The notes: generated by a model not told the origin, from the sequence alone. A stretch of 64,000 bases of DNA from Candidatus Poseidoniales archaeon (GCA_038106355.1 JAYODQ010000008.1:3904-67903), one strand, 5' to 3'. Shown: positions 36,885 through 47,081, numbered from the stretch's first letter. Translations and numbers: made by a program.

Positions 36885-37532
36885 TCATCCCTGAATTTGA
36901 ATATCCTTCCATCTCAAAATCCGGTCAGATACAGCCTCTGCTTCTTTTTCATCATGAGTAACAAAAATGGCGGATTTATTCATCGTTTTAATCCACTCGT
37001 GAAAGTCACTTGCTATGTTCATTTTTTGTTCTTGATCGACTGACGCAAAAGGCTCATCGAGTAACATAATGTCATTCCTTTGGGCGTGAGCCCTTGCAAA
37101 TGCAACTCTTTGAGCCTCTCCACCAGACAAGTGATTGACATTTCTATCGGAAAGGAATTGAATGTTCGTGAATTCAAGGGATTGTTTGGCAGCATTCATT
37201 TGGTCAAGTTTTGACATTTTTTTGTCCACGCCAAGCATCACATTCTCTAACACATTCAAATGAGGATATAGCACTGGACTTTGAAACATATAGGTGATAT
37301 TTTGGAAAGGATATTTTGTCCAACGTTGTGCAGTGCCTTCAATATAAACTTCACCCTGTGATGGCTGAAGTAAACCGCAAGCGATTTTGAGCAACGTCGT
37401 TTTTCCACATCCAGATGGGCCAATGATTCCAAGAATTTCACTTCGATGAAGTGTAAGATTGCATTTGTGCAAAATAGTGGTCTCGTTTATGATCATTGAA
37501 ATATCCTGGACTTTGAGTACTTCTTCGTTCAT
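36885..37532 (-). CDS. thiQ: Thiamine ABC transporter ATP-binding protein (ThiQ-like, short form)
   Basis: Walker A GPSGCGKTT, LSGGEAQRV, Walker B IMLLDEP, H-loop VTHD. At 215 aa it has no C-terminal regulatory domain, as in ThiQ. Overlaps the permease stop. Confidence 0.8.
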   Translation of the reverse strand: MNEEVLKVQDISMIINETTILHKCNLTLHRSEILGIIGPSGCGKTTLLKIACGLLQPSQGEVYIEGTAQRWTKYPFQNITYMFQSPVLYPHLNVLENVMLGVDKKMSKLDQMNAAKQSLEFTNIQFLSDRNVNHLSGGEAQRVAFARAHAQRNDIMLLDEPFASVDQEQKMNIASDFHEWIKTMNKSAIFVTHDEKEAEAVSDRILRWKDIQIQG

Positions 37533-39289
37533 TTTGATTCACCACGTTTTGCTTGAGCACGATCGATAATGACGAGGCAAGTGAAGGTGAGAATCATCAG
37601 AATTGTTGCCACAACCATAGAAAGAGGATACGCGATTGGGTCAAATTTCGGTCGCGAAAGTAAAGTATCGACAAGTAAGGAAAGTGATGACCACGATTCG
37701 AACCGAACAACAAGGAACGATGCACCAAATTCCCCAACCGAGAATGCAAACGATAAAGAAATCACAACGATAAATACGCTTTTCAAATGAATACCAAAAC
37801 CTAACCAGTACGATTTGACGATTGAACGACGCAAAAGCTTGGCTTGTTCAAAAAATCGAACATCGATTCTTTGAAGAGCTGGATGAACAATTCGTAGTGC
37901 AAAGGGAAAGGTAAGGAAGATGTGGGGGATGGCTGGTAACATTCTCCATTGTAATAACGACGGGGCGAAGGAAATCATGCCTATCGAAATTCCAAGGCCC
38001 AATGTCACTGCTGAAATGAAAACGGGAAAGATGCACATGAATTCCATAACATGTGCTATTTTCTGATGTCCTCTTCTTTCAATTTCAAGCAGTGAGAAAC
38101 TCACCAACAATGTCAATGGCAAAACGACTAGTATTGTCACGCCTGCATAAAGAAGTGAATTAGCTAATGCCGAAAACACTGAAATGCCGTCAAAATGCCC
38201 GAAGAGAGCGGCCTCCCATGCTTCAAACGTCCAATAAAAACCTCGAGGTGATGCATTTGAACGAATTTGAAAGGATGAAGCGAGAATCGAAATGTACGGA
38301 AGCAACACCAATCCAGTCAAACCCCACATCAAAGCCTTCGCACCAAAAGGTGGAATTTCTTGTCGATTGAAGTGTTCTTGTTCGGAAATAATTTTGTAGG
38401 ATTGATTCATTTTTTCCCTTTGAACATGAAATAAAAGAAAAACCAATGACAACGCAAGGAATTGTAAAATTGTTGATGCAAGGACAAGTCTTGTCGCATC
38501 AAGCCTATACCCTTCAATTCCTGCAAATTGTCCGAATGTCGCTGATAATGATTCCAAGGAGTGCTGAGTTGGTGTGAGCCAACGTATCATAGCAAACGAT
38601 GTAAATGAGAAAAAGAAAGAAAACAACCAGGCCGTTAACATTGAGCCGCCGAGAAAAGGCAACCAAAAATGTCGAAAACGATACCATCGATACCTCCCCA
38701 TTGGCAACAGTAAAAACTGCATTTCCCAGTCCGGATGCAACGTTGTAATCCTTGGTTCTAAATAACGAATGAACAAAGAAATGTTGAACCATGCATGAGC
38801 CAAAATAAGAAGAAGAATCATTCCAAACTTTTCGATACCGATGATTGAACCTAGTTTTGAAATCCAATGTTCGGAGGATTGTAAGTCAATGCCGATCGAT
38901 TGCAGAATCCCTTGGTCCGATGACATTGCGAGGAAACCTGCTGCAGCAACGATTGAAGGAGTAATGAAGGGTAATGTAAACACACTTCGCAAGATATTCT
39001 TGTGCTTCCATGAATATCGGCTAAGCAACCATGCAATTGGAATTCCAATACACAATGCTACCGTAGCAGAAACAACTGCCTGAAGTATTGTAAATCGTAA
39101 TGTATCCACGAAGAGGGAATGTTGCCCGATGAATTCAACGAATTCAAGAAAAGTCCAATCTGAAACCATCATGAGTTGTGACAGGGCTAGGAGAATTGGG
39201 AGAATTGTCAATACAAAGACCGTGAGGAGCAACATGTATGGTCCAGCAATTTGTGCTTTTGAAAGATGCACGTTCCCCATTGAATTCAA
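37529..39289 (-). CDS. thiP: Thiamine/iron(III)-type ABC transporter permease, duplicated (ThiP-like)
   Basis: 586 aa, about 12 TM, two BPD-transporter halves. Overlaps both flanking genes by 4 nt. Confidence 0.78.
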   Translation of the reverse strand: MNSMGNVHLSKAQIAGPYMLLLTVFVLTILPILLALSQLMMVSDWTFLEFVEFIGQHSLFVDTLRFTILQAVVSATVALCIGIPIAWLLSRYSWKHKNILRSVFTLPFITPSIVAAAGFLAMSSDQGILQSIGIDLQSSEHWISKLGSIIGIEKFGMILLLILAHAWFNISLFIRYLEPRITTLHPDWEMQFLLLPMGRYRWYRFRHFWLPFLGGSMLTAWLFSFFFSFTSFAMIRWLTPTQHSLESLSATFGQFAGIEGYRLDATRLVLASTILQFLALSLVFLLFHVQREKMNQSYKIISEQEHFNRQEIPPFGAKALMWGLTGLVLLPYISILASSFQIRSNASPRGFYWTFEAWEAALFGHFDGISVFSALANSLLYAGVTILVVLPLTLLVSFSLLEIERRGHQKIAHVMEFMCIFPVFISAVTLGLGISIGMISFAPSLLQWRMLPAIPHIFLTFPFALRIVHPALQRIDVRFFEQAKLLRRSIVKSYWLGFGIHLKSVFIVVISLSFAFSVGEFGASFLVVRFESWSSLSLLVDTLLSRPKFDPIAYPLSMVVATILMILTFTCLVIIDRAQAKRGESK

Positions 39290-40386
39290 CTCAACATCAT
39301 TTCACTCCACTTCATCAAAAGTTCATCCGTGGTGAATTCGATGGCTTGCTGTTGAAAGGTACGCTCGGTTTGAGGAGTTGGGCTATGCCAAGAATAACCC
39401 GATTCGGGGGGTAACTCGGAATTGTTGAGGACTGAATACATGTAGTTCGATGTTGGCATTTCCTGATTGATTTCACTAGTTAAAAGAAACTGGATGAATT
39501 TTGAGGCTGCATCTGAATTGACTTGGCCGTTGAGAAGCGTGGCATACTCAATTTGTTTGAAATGAAGTTTTTCATACAAGATTGCGGTAGACATAGTCGA
39601 ATTTTCTGAAAAATAAGCTTCTACTCCTGGTGAATGACAATATGAAACTGTAACTGCGGCATCACCTATGTGCCCTTCGGTCCAAACTCCATAACCCCCG
39701 CTGTAATGAGTTTCGTAGGATTCTGTCCAACCAGTTGTGAGAATGAGCTCGTTGTTTTTCATCGAAAGCCACCAATCAAAAGTTGCATTGATATCGTAAT
39801 CGAATTCCATTAGTGTTGCAAAAAAGAATGCTCTTCCTGGTGACGATGTGAGAGGGGAAGGTATTGACACTTTTCCACGCCACTCGCTTTGTGTCAAGTT
39901 CTCGATTGAAGTTGGCATTGACAGTTGTTCATTTAGTTGGGAAGAATCAAGATTCAAACACACATATCCATAATCAAATGGCACACCCATCGTGTCGAAT
40001 GATGATAGCAAATGACTCTGTATGTTTTCGATGTCCAGTCCATGTGGCTTGAGAAGACAAAAATCAATCGCTGTTTGCATGTATGTGTTGTCGAGGCCAA
40101 TGGCCAAATCTGCTTGGGGATTGCCCTTTGTAAGCATCAATTGGTTGAGGATTCCTCCGGCATCATCGGTCAGAATAATTTCCACTGAGTATCCGTATGT
40201 GTTCTCAAATGAATCGATCATCGCATCATCAAATGCTAAAATGTCATAACTCAAAATGTACAATGTATCTGATTCTTTCACATCTTTGACGAATACGCAA
40301 TCTTCCGTTGTTGAATTGATGGAGGCTATGCATCCGCTAAGTTGAGCGATGCAAACCAGGAGAACCACAACAAGGAGACTCTTCAT
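39286..40386 (-). CDS. thiB: Thiamine-binding periplasmic-type lipoprotein (ThiB/TbpA family substrate-binding protein)
   Basis: Lipoprotein signal MKSLLVVVLLVCIAQLSGC. Size and operon position match ThiB. ATG at 40386 lies 4 nt after the thiR stop, preceded by GAGG (the ORF-track start at 40410 overlaps thiR). Confidence 0.72.
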   Translation of the reverse strand: MKSLLVVVLLVCIAQLSGCIASINSTTEDCVFVKDVKESDTLYILSYDILAFDDAMIDSFENTYGYSVEIILTDDAGGILNQLMLTKGNPQADLAIGLDNTYMQTAIDFCLLKPHGLDIENIQSHLLSSFDTMGVPFDYGYVCLNLDSSQLNEQLSMPTSIENLTQSEWRGKVSIPSPLTSSPGRAFFFATLMEFDYDINATFDWWLSMKNNELILTTGWTESYETHYSGGYGVWTEGHIGDAAVTVSYCHSPGVEAYFSENSTMSTAILYEKLHFKQIEYATLLNGQVNSDAASKFIQFLLTSEINQEMPTSNYMYSVLNNSELPPESGYSWHSPTPQTERTFQQQAIEFTTDELLMKWSEMMLS

Positions 40387-40390
40387 AACC

Positions 40391-41254
40391 TCACTCCGTA
40401 TCAAATTCATCGATCATTTGGTGGCAGCGTTCGACCACCTCCAATGGGTTGTTACCCAAAATGAATAGCGATGGTTCCCAGCCAAAATCTCCAACATCCA
40501 ACAGCACATCAATCTCTGAGAGATCGGTCGCTTCTACGATACCACGAGGGGCCATGAGGAGGTTCAATCCAAGTTCATCGCACACAAATTCCACTTCGGT
40601 CGTGTCAACGACTCGTTCGAGCATTGGCGGCTTGATATTTGTAATTGCAAGAACATTCGAGTCATATTTGCGTGCTTGCTGGAGCACAGAAGCAAGGTGC
40701 TTCGAACCTCCAAACAAAGGAGAATTTGCATGGACGAGTTCGCCCTCAAGAAGTGTAATCCGACCTGGAAAGGCCGCAATGTGTTCAATTTCTGTTGCTA
40801 AAGGCGTGCATGCAGCAAGATTCATCCCTACGGTTGGCATATATTTTCGCAATCTATCAGCATCAAATTTTGACACTGCCCATGTTAATCTTCTAAGTAA
40901 CGCTTGCTCTTCTTGACCTGCTTGGATGTGTTTGCCCACAAGTGATTTGTCGAATCGAAACGTTTGCTGGTCACCAAATTGAATTTCGAATATCATTCGT
41001 TGTCGCAGAATTCTCATGGGATCGTCGACATTTTCCAAAGCCTCGGCCAACTCATTTGCCCATCCATCGATTGTATCTTCATCGACCGTGGATTCAAGAG
41101 GAATTGCAGATTTTGACATCAATCTTGAAATTGTGCTTTGGGTCGATCCTGTAAATTCAGCAATTGCAATTTGAGACCACCCCCTTCTTCGCAATTCAAG
41201 TGCCAATTGTTGGTAAAATCGTTCAAGCCATTCGCGCCCCTGGGCCCCAAACAT
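40391..41254 (-). CDS. thiR: ThiR-type transcriptional regulator (HTH + ThiN-like thiamine-phosphate-synthase domain)
   Basis: N-terminal XRE-type HTH (RRGWSQIAIAEFTGSTQSTISRL) and a C-terminal ThiN-like domain (VGMNLAACTP...IAAFPGRITLLEGELV...FGGSKHLASVL...AITNIKPP). Heads the thiBPQ operon. Confidence 0.7.
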   Translation of the reverse strand: MFGAQGREWLERFYQQLALELRRRGWSQIAIAEFTGSTQSTISRLMSKSAIPLESTVDEDTIDGWANELAEALENVDDPMRILRQRMIFEIQFGDQQTFRFDKSLVGKHIQAGQEEQALLRRLTWAVSKFDADRLRKYMPTVGMNLAACTPLATEIEHIAAFPGRITLLEGELVHANSPLFGGSKHLASVLQQARKYDSNVLAITNIKPPMLERVVDTTEVEFVCDELGLNLLMAPRGIVEATDLSEIDVLLDVGDFGWEPSLFILGNNPLEVVERCHQMIDEFDTE

Positions 41255-41299
41255 GTTCTTCGATTCAACAACCTATTATTCAACTTTACTAAGAATTAT

Positions 41300-41317
41300 T
41301 CATTTTGGGTAAAATGA
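41300..41317. promoter_or_regulatory. Inverted repeat TCATTTT-GGGT-AAAATGA in the thiR / decarboxylase divergent intergenic region (candidate operator)
   Basis: Perfect 7-nt arms, 46-63 nt upstream of the thiR ATG. The octamer ATTATTCA occurs twice, 20 nt apart, next to it (41275-41282 and 41295-41302). Confidence 0.3.
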
Positions 41318-41392
41318 TGAAACTCAACATTGACGCTTGGGTTTTAACCTGAATCCACCAAAGGTTCATTGAGTATCGTTGATGGCCAAACG

Positions 41393-42820
41393 ATGAAGGC
41401 CATGACACCTGATGAATTCCTTCAGGCTGTCTTTGCACAAATTTCCCGGTATGTTGGAAGCCAACATGAAGATGTCCCCCTTTCAACAGCAATATCCCCT
41501 TCATCACTTCAGAAAATTTCGGACCTAAAATTGCCCTTGGAGGGCATGGGTCTTGAGAATGCACTATCTGACCTAGCAACATTCTTCGAACATAGCATCA
41601 GAACCCATGCACCTGGGTTCATGAATCCTTTATGGGGGGGGATGTCAATCACCGGTGTAGCTGGTGATATGGTTGCAAGTGTGACCAACAACTCAATGTA
41701 TACAAGAGAACTATCTCCGTTTGCATCATTAATTGAGATTGAAATAATTCGTCGTGCATGTGAACTTGTTGGTTACACGCATGGATTTGGTACTTTCACG
41801 AGTGGTGGCTCGAATGGGAATCTCATGGGTTTGCTTTGTGCTCGACAACATTTGATGAGAGATTCGGGTCTCAATGGATTTAATGGATCAAAGCATGTTA
41901 TTTTCGTGTCCGAAGAAGCTCACTTTTCGGTGATGATGGCTGCAAATGTGATTGGCATTGGTCGTCAAAATGTGTTGAAAATCCGTTGTGATGAAAATGG
42001 GTCCATGGATGTCAATCATTTGGAAGAAGAGATTCTTTACTCAATACAAGAAGGGTTTGCTCCATTGTGTATTTTCGCAACTGCAGGGACCACAGTTCTC
42101 GGTGCTTTCGACCCAATTCTTGACATTGTTGGCATTGCAAAATCACACAATATTTGGTGTCACGTCGACGCTGCTTGGGGAGGGTCAGCCTTGTTTTCAA
42201 GGACAACTCGTCCATTGCTTGATGGCATCGAACAGTCTGATAGTGTATGTTGGGATGCCCACAAAATGATGGGTCTGCCTTTGATGAGTAGTATGTTTCT
42301 TGTCAACGATGTCCCCCTTCTACGACAAGTTTGTGCCCATACTTCAAACGCAGATTATCTCTATTATGAGGAAGACAATGAATTTGACCTAGGGCATTAT
42401 TCTCTTCAATGTGCTCGTCGTAATGATGTCCTCAAATTGTGGCTTGCATGGCGTGAAATTGGCGATGCAGGTTGGGCTCGGATGGTTGAGCAATATCTCG
42501 ATATGGCGAACTATCTTGAACTAAAAGTCATTGAAAATGAGCATTTGGAAATGATGGCTCCACGTGTGTGGAGCAATGTTTGTTTCCGGTATCATCCTAA
42601 CATTGCAGGTGTTGATATCGATGCACTCAATGCTGAAATTCGTGAACGACTCAAGAACGAAGGACAATTTATGGTTTCAAGAGCAAGCCTTCAAGGCTCG
42701 ACGGTGATTCGAGCGGTGATCGCAAACAATACTGTTTCTACAGATTCGCTTGATCGATTCGTATCGAATGTAGTTCGGGTGGGAGAGGACATTCTCAAAG
42801 GATTGCCACCTAAACATTGA
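41393..42820 (+). CDS. Group II pyridoxal-dependent decarboxylase (glutamate/cysteine-sulfinate/diaminobutyrate decarboxylase-like)
   Basis: SGGSNGNLMGL, HVDAAWGG, PLP-lysine motif DAHKMMG. ATG at 41393 (TTG at 41369 also possible). Substrate cannot be assigned. Confidence 0.85.
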   Translation: MKAMTPDEFLQAVFAQISRYVGSQHEDVPLSTAISPSSLQKISDLKLPLEGMGLENALSDLATFFEHSIRTHAPGFMNPLWGGMSITGVAGDMVASVTNNSMYTRELSPFASLIEIEIIRRACELVGYTHGFGTFTSGGSNGNLMGLLCARQHLMRDSGLNGFNGSKHVIFVSEEAHFSVMMAANVIGIGRQNVLKIRCDENGSMDVNHLEEEILYSIQEGFAPLCIFATAGTTVLGAFDPILDIVGIAKSHNIWCHVDAAWGGSALFSRTTRPLLDGIEQSDSVCWDAHKMMGLPLMSSMFLVNDVPLLRQVCAHTSNADYLYYEEDNEFDLGHYSLQCARRNDVLKLWLAWREIGDAGWARMVEQYLDMANYLELKVIENEHLEMMAPRVWSNVCFRYHPNIAGVDIDALNAEIRERLKNEGQFMVSRASLQGSTVIRAVIANNTVSTDSLDRFVSNVVRVGEDILKGLPPKH

Positions 42821-42840
42821 ATTCCCAAATTATATTTGAG

Positions 42841-42858
42841 AGGGTTTGATAAAACCCT
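42841..42858 (+). terminator. Stem-loop AGGGTTT-GATA-AAACCCT downstream of the decarboxylase gene
   Basis: 7-bp perfect stem (extendable to 9 with A-T and G-T pairs), 21 nt after the stop, followed by TT. The function as a terminator is inferred only. Confidence 0.3.
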
Positions 42859-42991
42859 TTGCAGACATTGTATGGCTTGATTCACACCAATTGGATTCAT
42901 GTTTTGCCACAAAAAATGCCAGAGTTAACATCAATTCAGCGCATTCAAATCCTCAGCATAAGTAGTTTAACTATTTCATGAAGGGACATAC

Positions 42992-44098
42992 ATGCACCCG
43001 CCTGTACGCACGGCTCTCTACGATGAACACGTTCGATTGAATGCGAATTTGGTCGATTTTCATGGGTTTGAATTACCGATTTGGTACTCTTCAATCACCG
43101 ATGAACACCTTGCTACGAGAACATCTGCTGGATTGTTCGATGTATCACATATGGGCTCATTCCGCTTCACAGGTCCACATGTGCTCGAATGGCTCGAAAG
43201 CATCGCCTCCCAAAAAGTGACCAACATCGAACCTACGCGATGTGCGTACACACACTTTCTCGACCATGATGGTTTTATAATTGATGACATGATTTTCGCA
43301 GTAGTATCAAAGGATGAAATCCTTGGGGTGCCAAATGCTTCGATGATTTCAACAATGTGGGATTGGTTTCATGGATTACTTCCATCTGACCAGAGTATTC
43401 AAATTGAAAATCTATCCGACCAAACTTCGATCATTGCATTGCAAGGACCTTCTGCAAAATCAATACTTGAACCAGTTTTAGGAGGTCAAAATCACGTTGG
43501 ACGATTTCGTTGGAAACAAATTGAAACCAATGATTTGGGTGTAAGTGGATGGATTCAAGGAACAGGGTATACTGGTGAATCCGGATACGAGATTTTCGTT
43601 CCAAACGATGACGCTCCACGACTTTGGCGAGCACTTGTTGAAGCGGGGGCAACACCCGTTGGCCTCGGTGCAAGGGATACGCTGCGCCTCGAAAAGGGGT
43701 ACCTCTTGTCAGGCGTTGACTTTTGTTGGCACCAATTATCTGATTGTCATGACGCATTTTTGCACCGAGATTCATGGGAGGCAAACGTACCGTTTGGAGT
43801 TGATTTTGAACACGATTTCATAGGAAAACATCGATGTGTGGCACACAATGACTCAGATGCACGATTATGGGGCATCAAGTATGTCGAGAAGGGCCCCCTT
43901 CCTCGACCCGGAAAAGAAGTTCAGCAAGATGGTCGTCACATTGGCTACCTCACCTCAGGAGCACCATCACCAAGTCTTGACAATATTGGCATTGGAATGG
44001 GGTACTTGACTGGTGTGAACGAAGGGGATTTCATTGAAATTGTTGCAAGTCCGAGAAAATCGGTTCGGGCACAGGTGATTCGACCACCTTTCGTGTGA
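42992..44098 (+). CDS. gcvT: Glycine cleavage system aminomethyltransferase (T protein)
   Basis: TALYDEH..L.A..V.F.G.E.P..Y, GLFDVSHMG, ALQGP, GYTGE.GYEIF, GLGARDTLRLE. Confidence 0.92.
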   Translation: MHPPVRTALYDEHVRLNANLVDFHGFELPIWYSSITDEHLATRTSAGLFDVSHMGSFRFTGPHVLEWLESIASQKVTNIEPTRCAYTHFLDHDGFIIDDMIFAVVSKDEILGVPNASMISTMWDWFHGLLPSDQSIQIENLSDQTSIIALQGPSAKSILEPVLGGQNHVGRFRWKQIETNDLGVSGWIQGTGYTGESGYEIFVPNDDAPRLWRALVEAGATPVGLGARDTLRLEKGYLLSGVDFCWHQLSDCHDAFLHRDSWEANVPFGVDFEHDFIGKHRCVAHNDSDARLWGIKYVEKGPLPRPGKEVQQDGRHIGYLTSGAPSPSLDNIGIGMGYLTGVNEGDFIEIVASPRKSVRAQVIRPPFV

Positions 44099-44211
44099 AT
44101 TTTTATTCAAAAAAACGAACACTCAGGCAATGTGTTCATCTGCTCAAAAGCAATTAATTATGAGCATCCTCGCATCACGACGAACCAACACGTTTCACGT
44201 GAGGTGCTGCT

Positions 44212-45585
44212 ATGGTCGACCAACTTCCAAACCTTGGACGGGAAAAAGAGATGCTTGCGGCCATGGGCATGCAAAGTATGGAAGACCTCTTCATCGATAT
44301 CCCTTCAGCAGTTCGTGTCCAAGGGCAACTTCCTCTGCCTGACCCGCAGACAGAAGAAGAAATTCTTGCCGATGCCCGTCGATTGCTCGGGGCAAACACC
44401 AGTCATGGTTCCCGCCCGTCCTTTTTGGGTGCTGGTTTGTATCGAAATTATGTCCCTGCATCTGTTTTTCAACTTGTGACAAGGGGAGAATTTCTTACCG
44501 CATACACTCCATATCAGCCCGAAGTCAGTCAAGGCATGCTTCAATCGATGTGGGAGTTTCAAACACTCATTTCTGAACTTGTAGGATTGCCGATTGCTAA
44601 CCTTTCCTTGTACGACGGTTCAACTGCTGCTGCCGAAGCCTTGACTTGTGCTGTTCGCGTCCACGGTCGAAAAGCAACCCAAGAAAATACGGTGTATGTA
44701 TCAGAATTGACGCCCCCAGATCGTTTGTCGGTGATGCATAATTATTGTCAAGGCGCTGATATTCACATTAAAATGCTCAAACACGGCCCCGATGGTAAAG
44801 TTCTCCACGCCTCCTTTGAAGAAGCGAAGGGGTCCTGTGGTGTCTATGTCGAACAACCAAATCCGTACGGAATTCTCGATGAAGGACTAACCGAAGCAAA
44901 GAACATCATTGGCGAGGATACAGCACTCATTGTGGGTGTACAACCAGTTTCCTTGGGTATGGTGGAGGCCCCTGGAGCTTATGGTGCCGATATCGTTGTC
45001 GGAGAAGGACAACCGCTCGGTAGTCCAATGACGTGCGGAGGTCCATTGTACGGCATTTTTGCTTGCCATAAACCGTATCTTCGACTCATGCCAGGCAGAA
45101 TTGTGGGTCGTTCTATCGATGTCGATGGAAATGAGGCATATTGTTTGACGCTTTCGACAAGAGAACAACATATTCGACGTCATCGAGCAACATCCAACAT
45201 TTGCACCAATGAAACCCTCATTGCATTGATGGGGGCCATGCACATGGCCTTGCTCGGACCTGAAGGGCTGCAACACCTCGCCCTCAGGAACATGAGTGCA
45301 TGTCAAAAACTCAAGGAAGAATTGTCAAAAATCGCTGGATTAAGATTGCCTCATGAGGGTCCGCATTTCAATGAATTTGTCTTGGAGGTACCTGGAAGTG
45401 CAGCATCATGTTTAGAATATCTTGATTCGCAAGGAATATTTGGTGGCTTTAATCTTCAAGAATGGAATCCATCCATTACAAATCAAATGCTTGTGACAAC
45501 AACTGACCAAACCTCACATGCTGATATTCAGATGTTGTGTGCTCAATTGCAAAATTGGGTCAATCAAAGAGGGGTGAAAGCATGA
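44212..45585 (+). CDS. gcvPA: Glycine dehydrogenase (decarboxylating) subunit 1
   Basis: N-terminus EKEMLAAMGMQSMEDLF, FLGAG.Y, TAYTPYQPEVSQG.LQ, SLYDGSTA, TREQHIRR..ATSNICTN. Confidence 0.93.
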   Translation: MVDQLPNLGREKEMLAAMGMQSMEDLFIDIPSAVRVQGQLPLPDPQTEEEILADARRLLGANTSHGSRPSFLGAGLYRNYVPASVFQLVTRGEFLTAYTPYQPEVSQGMLQSMWEFQTLISELVGLPIANLSLYDGSTAAAEALTCAVRVHGRKATQENTVYVSELTPPDRLSVMHNYCQGADIHIKMLKHGPDGKVLHASFEEAKGSCGVYVEQPNPYGILDEGLTEAKNIIGEDTALIVGVQPVSLGMVEAPGAYGADIVVGEGQPLGSPMTCGGPLYGIFACHKPYLRLMPGRIVGRSIDVDGNEAYCLTLSTREQHIRRHRATSNICTNETLIALMGAMHMALLGPEGLQHLALRNMSACQKLKEELSKIAGLRLPHEGPHFNEFVLEVPGSAASCLEYLDSQGIFGGFNLQEWNPSITNQMLVTTTDQTSHADIQMLCAQLQNWVNQRGVKA

Positions 45586-47081
45586 GCCACTTGTTCGGAC
45601 ACAATGGTGCGGTAGGAAAGGGATATTCTCAGCCGCAACCAATGGCTACAAACACTCCGGTATCTCTTCCACCGACCCTTGCAAGAAAACAGGCACCACA
45701 GTGGCCACGATTGTCTGAACCAGAAATGGTACGCCATTACACATGGTTGTCCAAACGAAATTTTGGAATAGATACAGGGTTTTACCCTCTTGGTTCATGC
45801 ACCATGAAACACAATCCAAGGATCAACGAGGTTATTGCTCAATTGCCTGGTATTGCCGATATCCATCCCCATCAAGGAGAAAAGCATCTGCAAGGACTCT
45901 TGTCGATTTATTATGAAATGCAACAAATGCTTGCCGTTTGCTCCGGAATGGATGAGGTGACATTACAACCGGTAGCAGGTGCACAAGGAGAATTTACTGC
46001 TGTACGATGTATTCAGGAATATTTCCGTCATAGAGGCGAAGACCAACGCACAAAAGTGATTGTTCCCGACTCAGCCCATGGTACAAATCCAGCGAGTGCA
46101 GCCATGGCGGGGTATGAAATTGTTGAAATCCCATCTCGAGCAGATGGACGTATTGACTTGGATGCACTTCGTGCAGTTGCCGATGAAACAACAGCAGCTA
46201 TGATGATCACCAACCCAAACACACTTGGTTTATTTGAACAAGACATCGTAGAGGCTTCAACTATCGTCCACGATGCAGGTGGACAGATGTACTATGATGG
46301 AGCCAACTTCAACGCAATTCTTGGCCTCACTTCTCCGGGATTGATGGGATTTGATGCAGTGCATTTCAATCTACACAAAACCTACTCTCAGCCTCACGGA
46401 GGTGGCGGACCTGGTTCAGGCCCTATCGGCGTCAAATCTCAACTTGCACCTTACCTACCAAGCCCAATTGCCGGAAAGCGAGATGCAACGGCAGAAGAAT
46501 TACTTCATTCTGTTGATGGTTCGTGGTATTATTGGCTAACGCCTCAATACACGATTGGAAAAGTTCAACAGTGGCACGGTAATGCTGGAGCAGTCGTTCG
46601 ATGCTGGGCTTATTATCGACGATACGGAAATGGGCTACGAACGATGTCCGAACACGCTGTTTTGAATGCAAATTATTTGCGACATGCCATTCACAAAGAG
46701 GCTGAACATGCTGGAGTTTCCGACATGTTCCGCGATGGTGCAAAAACCGATGTTGCAAAACACGAATTCACACTCTCCTTGGAACCAGCAAAGCAATCCG
46801 TAGGTATCTCAGCAATGGATGTCGCTAAGGGGTTGCTTGACCGAGGCTACATGGCACCAACGGTGTACTTCCCCTTAGTGGTTCCTGAATGTATGATGAT
46901 TGAACCCACCGAAACGGAATCAAAAGATACACTTGATACCTTTGCAAAGCATTTTGTCCAAGTGTTGCAACAATCGCCAGAATCACTTCACGAAGCACCA
47001 ACAACCACCCCAGTTCGACGTGTAGATGAGGTGTACGCAGCAAGAAACCTTTGCTTACGCCACCCATTTGACGACCAATGA
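45582..47081 (+). CDS. gcvPB: Glycine dehydrogenase (decarboxylating) subunit 2
   Basis: ATGA overlap with gcvPA. LGSCTMKHNP, QPVAGAQGE, HGTNPASA, NLHKT (PLP Lys), HGGGGPG. Confidence 0.93.
   Translation: MSHLFGHNGAVGKGYSQPQPMATNTPVSLPPTLARKQAPQWPRLSEPEMVRHYTWLSKRNFGIDTGFYPLGSCTMKHNPRINEVIAQLPGIADIHPHQGEKHLQGLLSIYYEMQQMLAVCSGMDEVTLQPVAGAQGEFTAVRCIQEYFRHRGEDQRTKVIVPDSAHGTNPASAAMAGYEIVEIPSRADGRIDLDALRAVADETTAAMMITNPNTLGLFEQDIVEASTIVHDAGGQMYYDGANFNAILGLTSPGLMGFDAVHFNLHKTYSQPHGGGGPGSGPIGVKSQLAPYLPSPIAGKRDATAEELLHSVDGSWYYWLTPQYTIGKVQQWHGNAGAVVRCWAYYRRYGNGLRTMSEHAVLNANYLRHAIHKEAEHAGVSDMFRDGAKTDVAKHEFTLSLEPAKQSVGISAMDVAKGLLDRGYMAPTVYFPLVVPECMMIEPTETESKDTLDTFAKHFVQVLQQSPESLHEAPTTTPVRRVDEVYAARNLCLRHPFDDQ

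Noticed and set aside
41320-41392. Possible TPP riboswitch next to the thiamine genes. The segment AACCTGAATCC resembles part of the conserved AACCUGAUC of the THI element.
   Set aside because: Neither strand shows the other invariant parts (CUGAGA, GGGGUGC/ACCC pairing, GCG-AGGGA). The resemblance is a single short word.
42821-42991. Glycine riboswitch in the 171-nt region upstream of gcvT.
   Set aside because: No GGAGAG...CACCG-type cores or tandem aptamer arrangement are visible. The only structure is a simple hairpin right after the upstream gene's stop, better explained as a 3'-end element.
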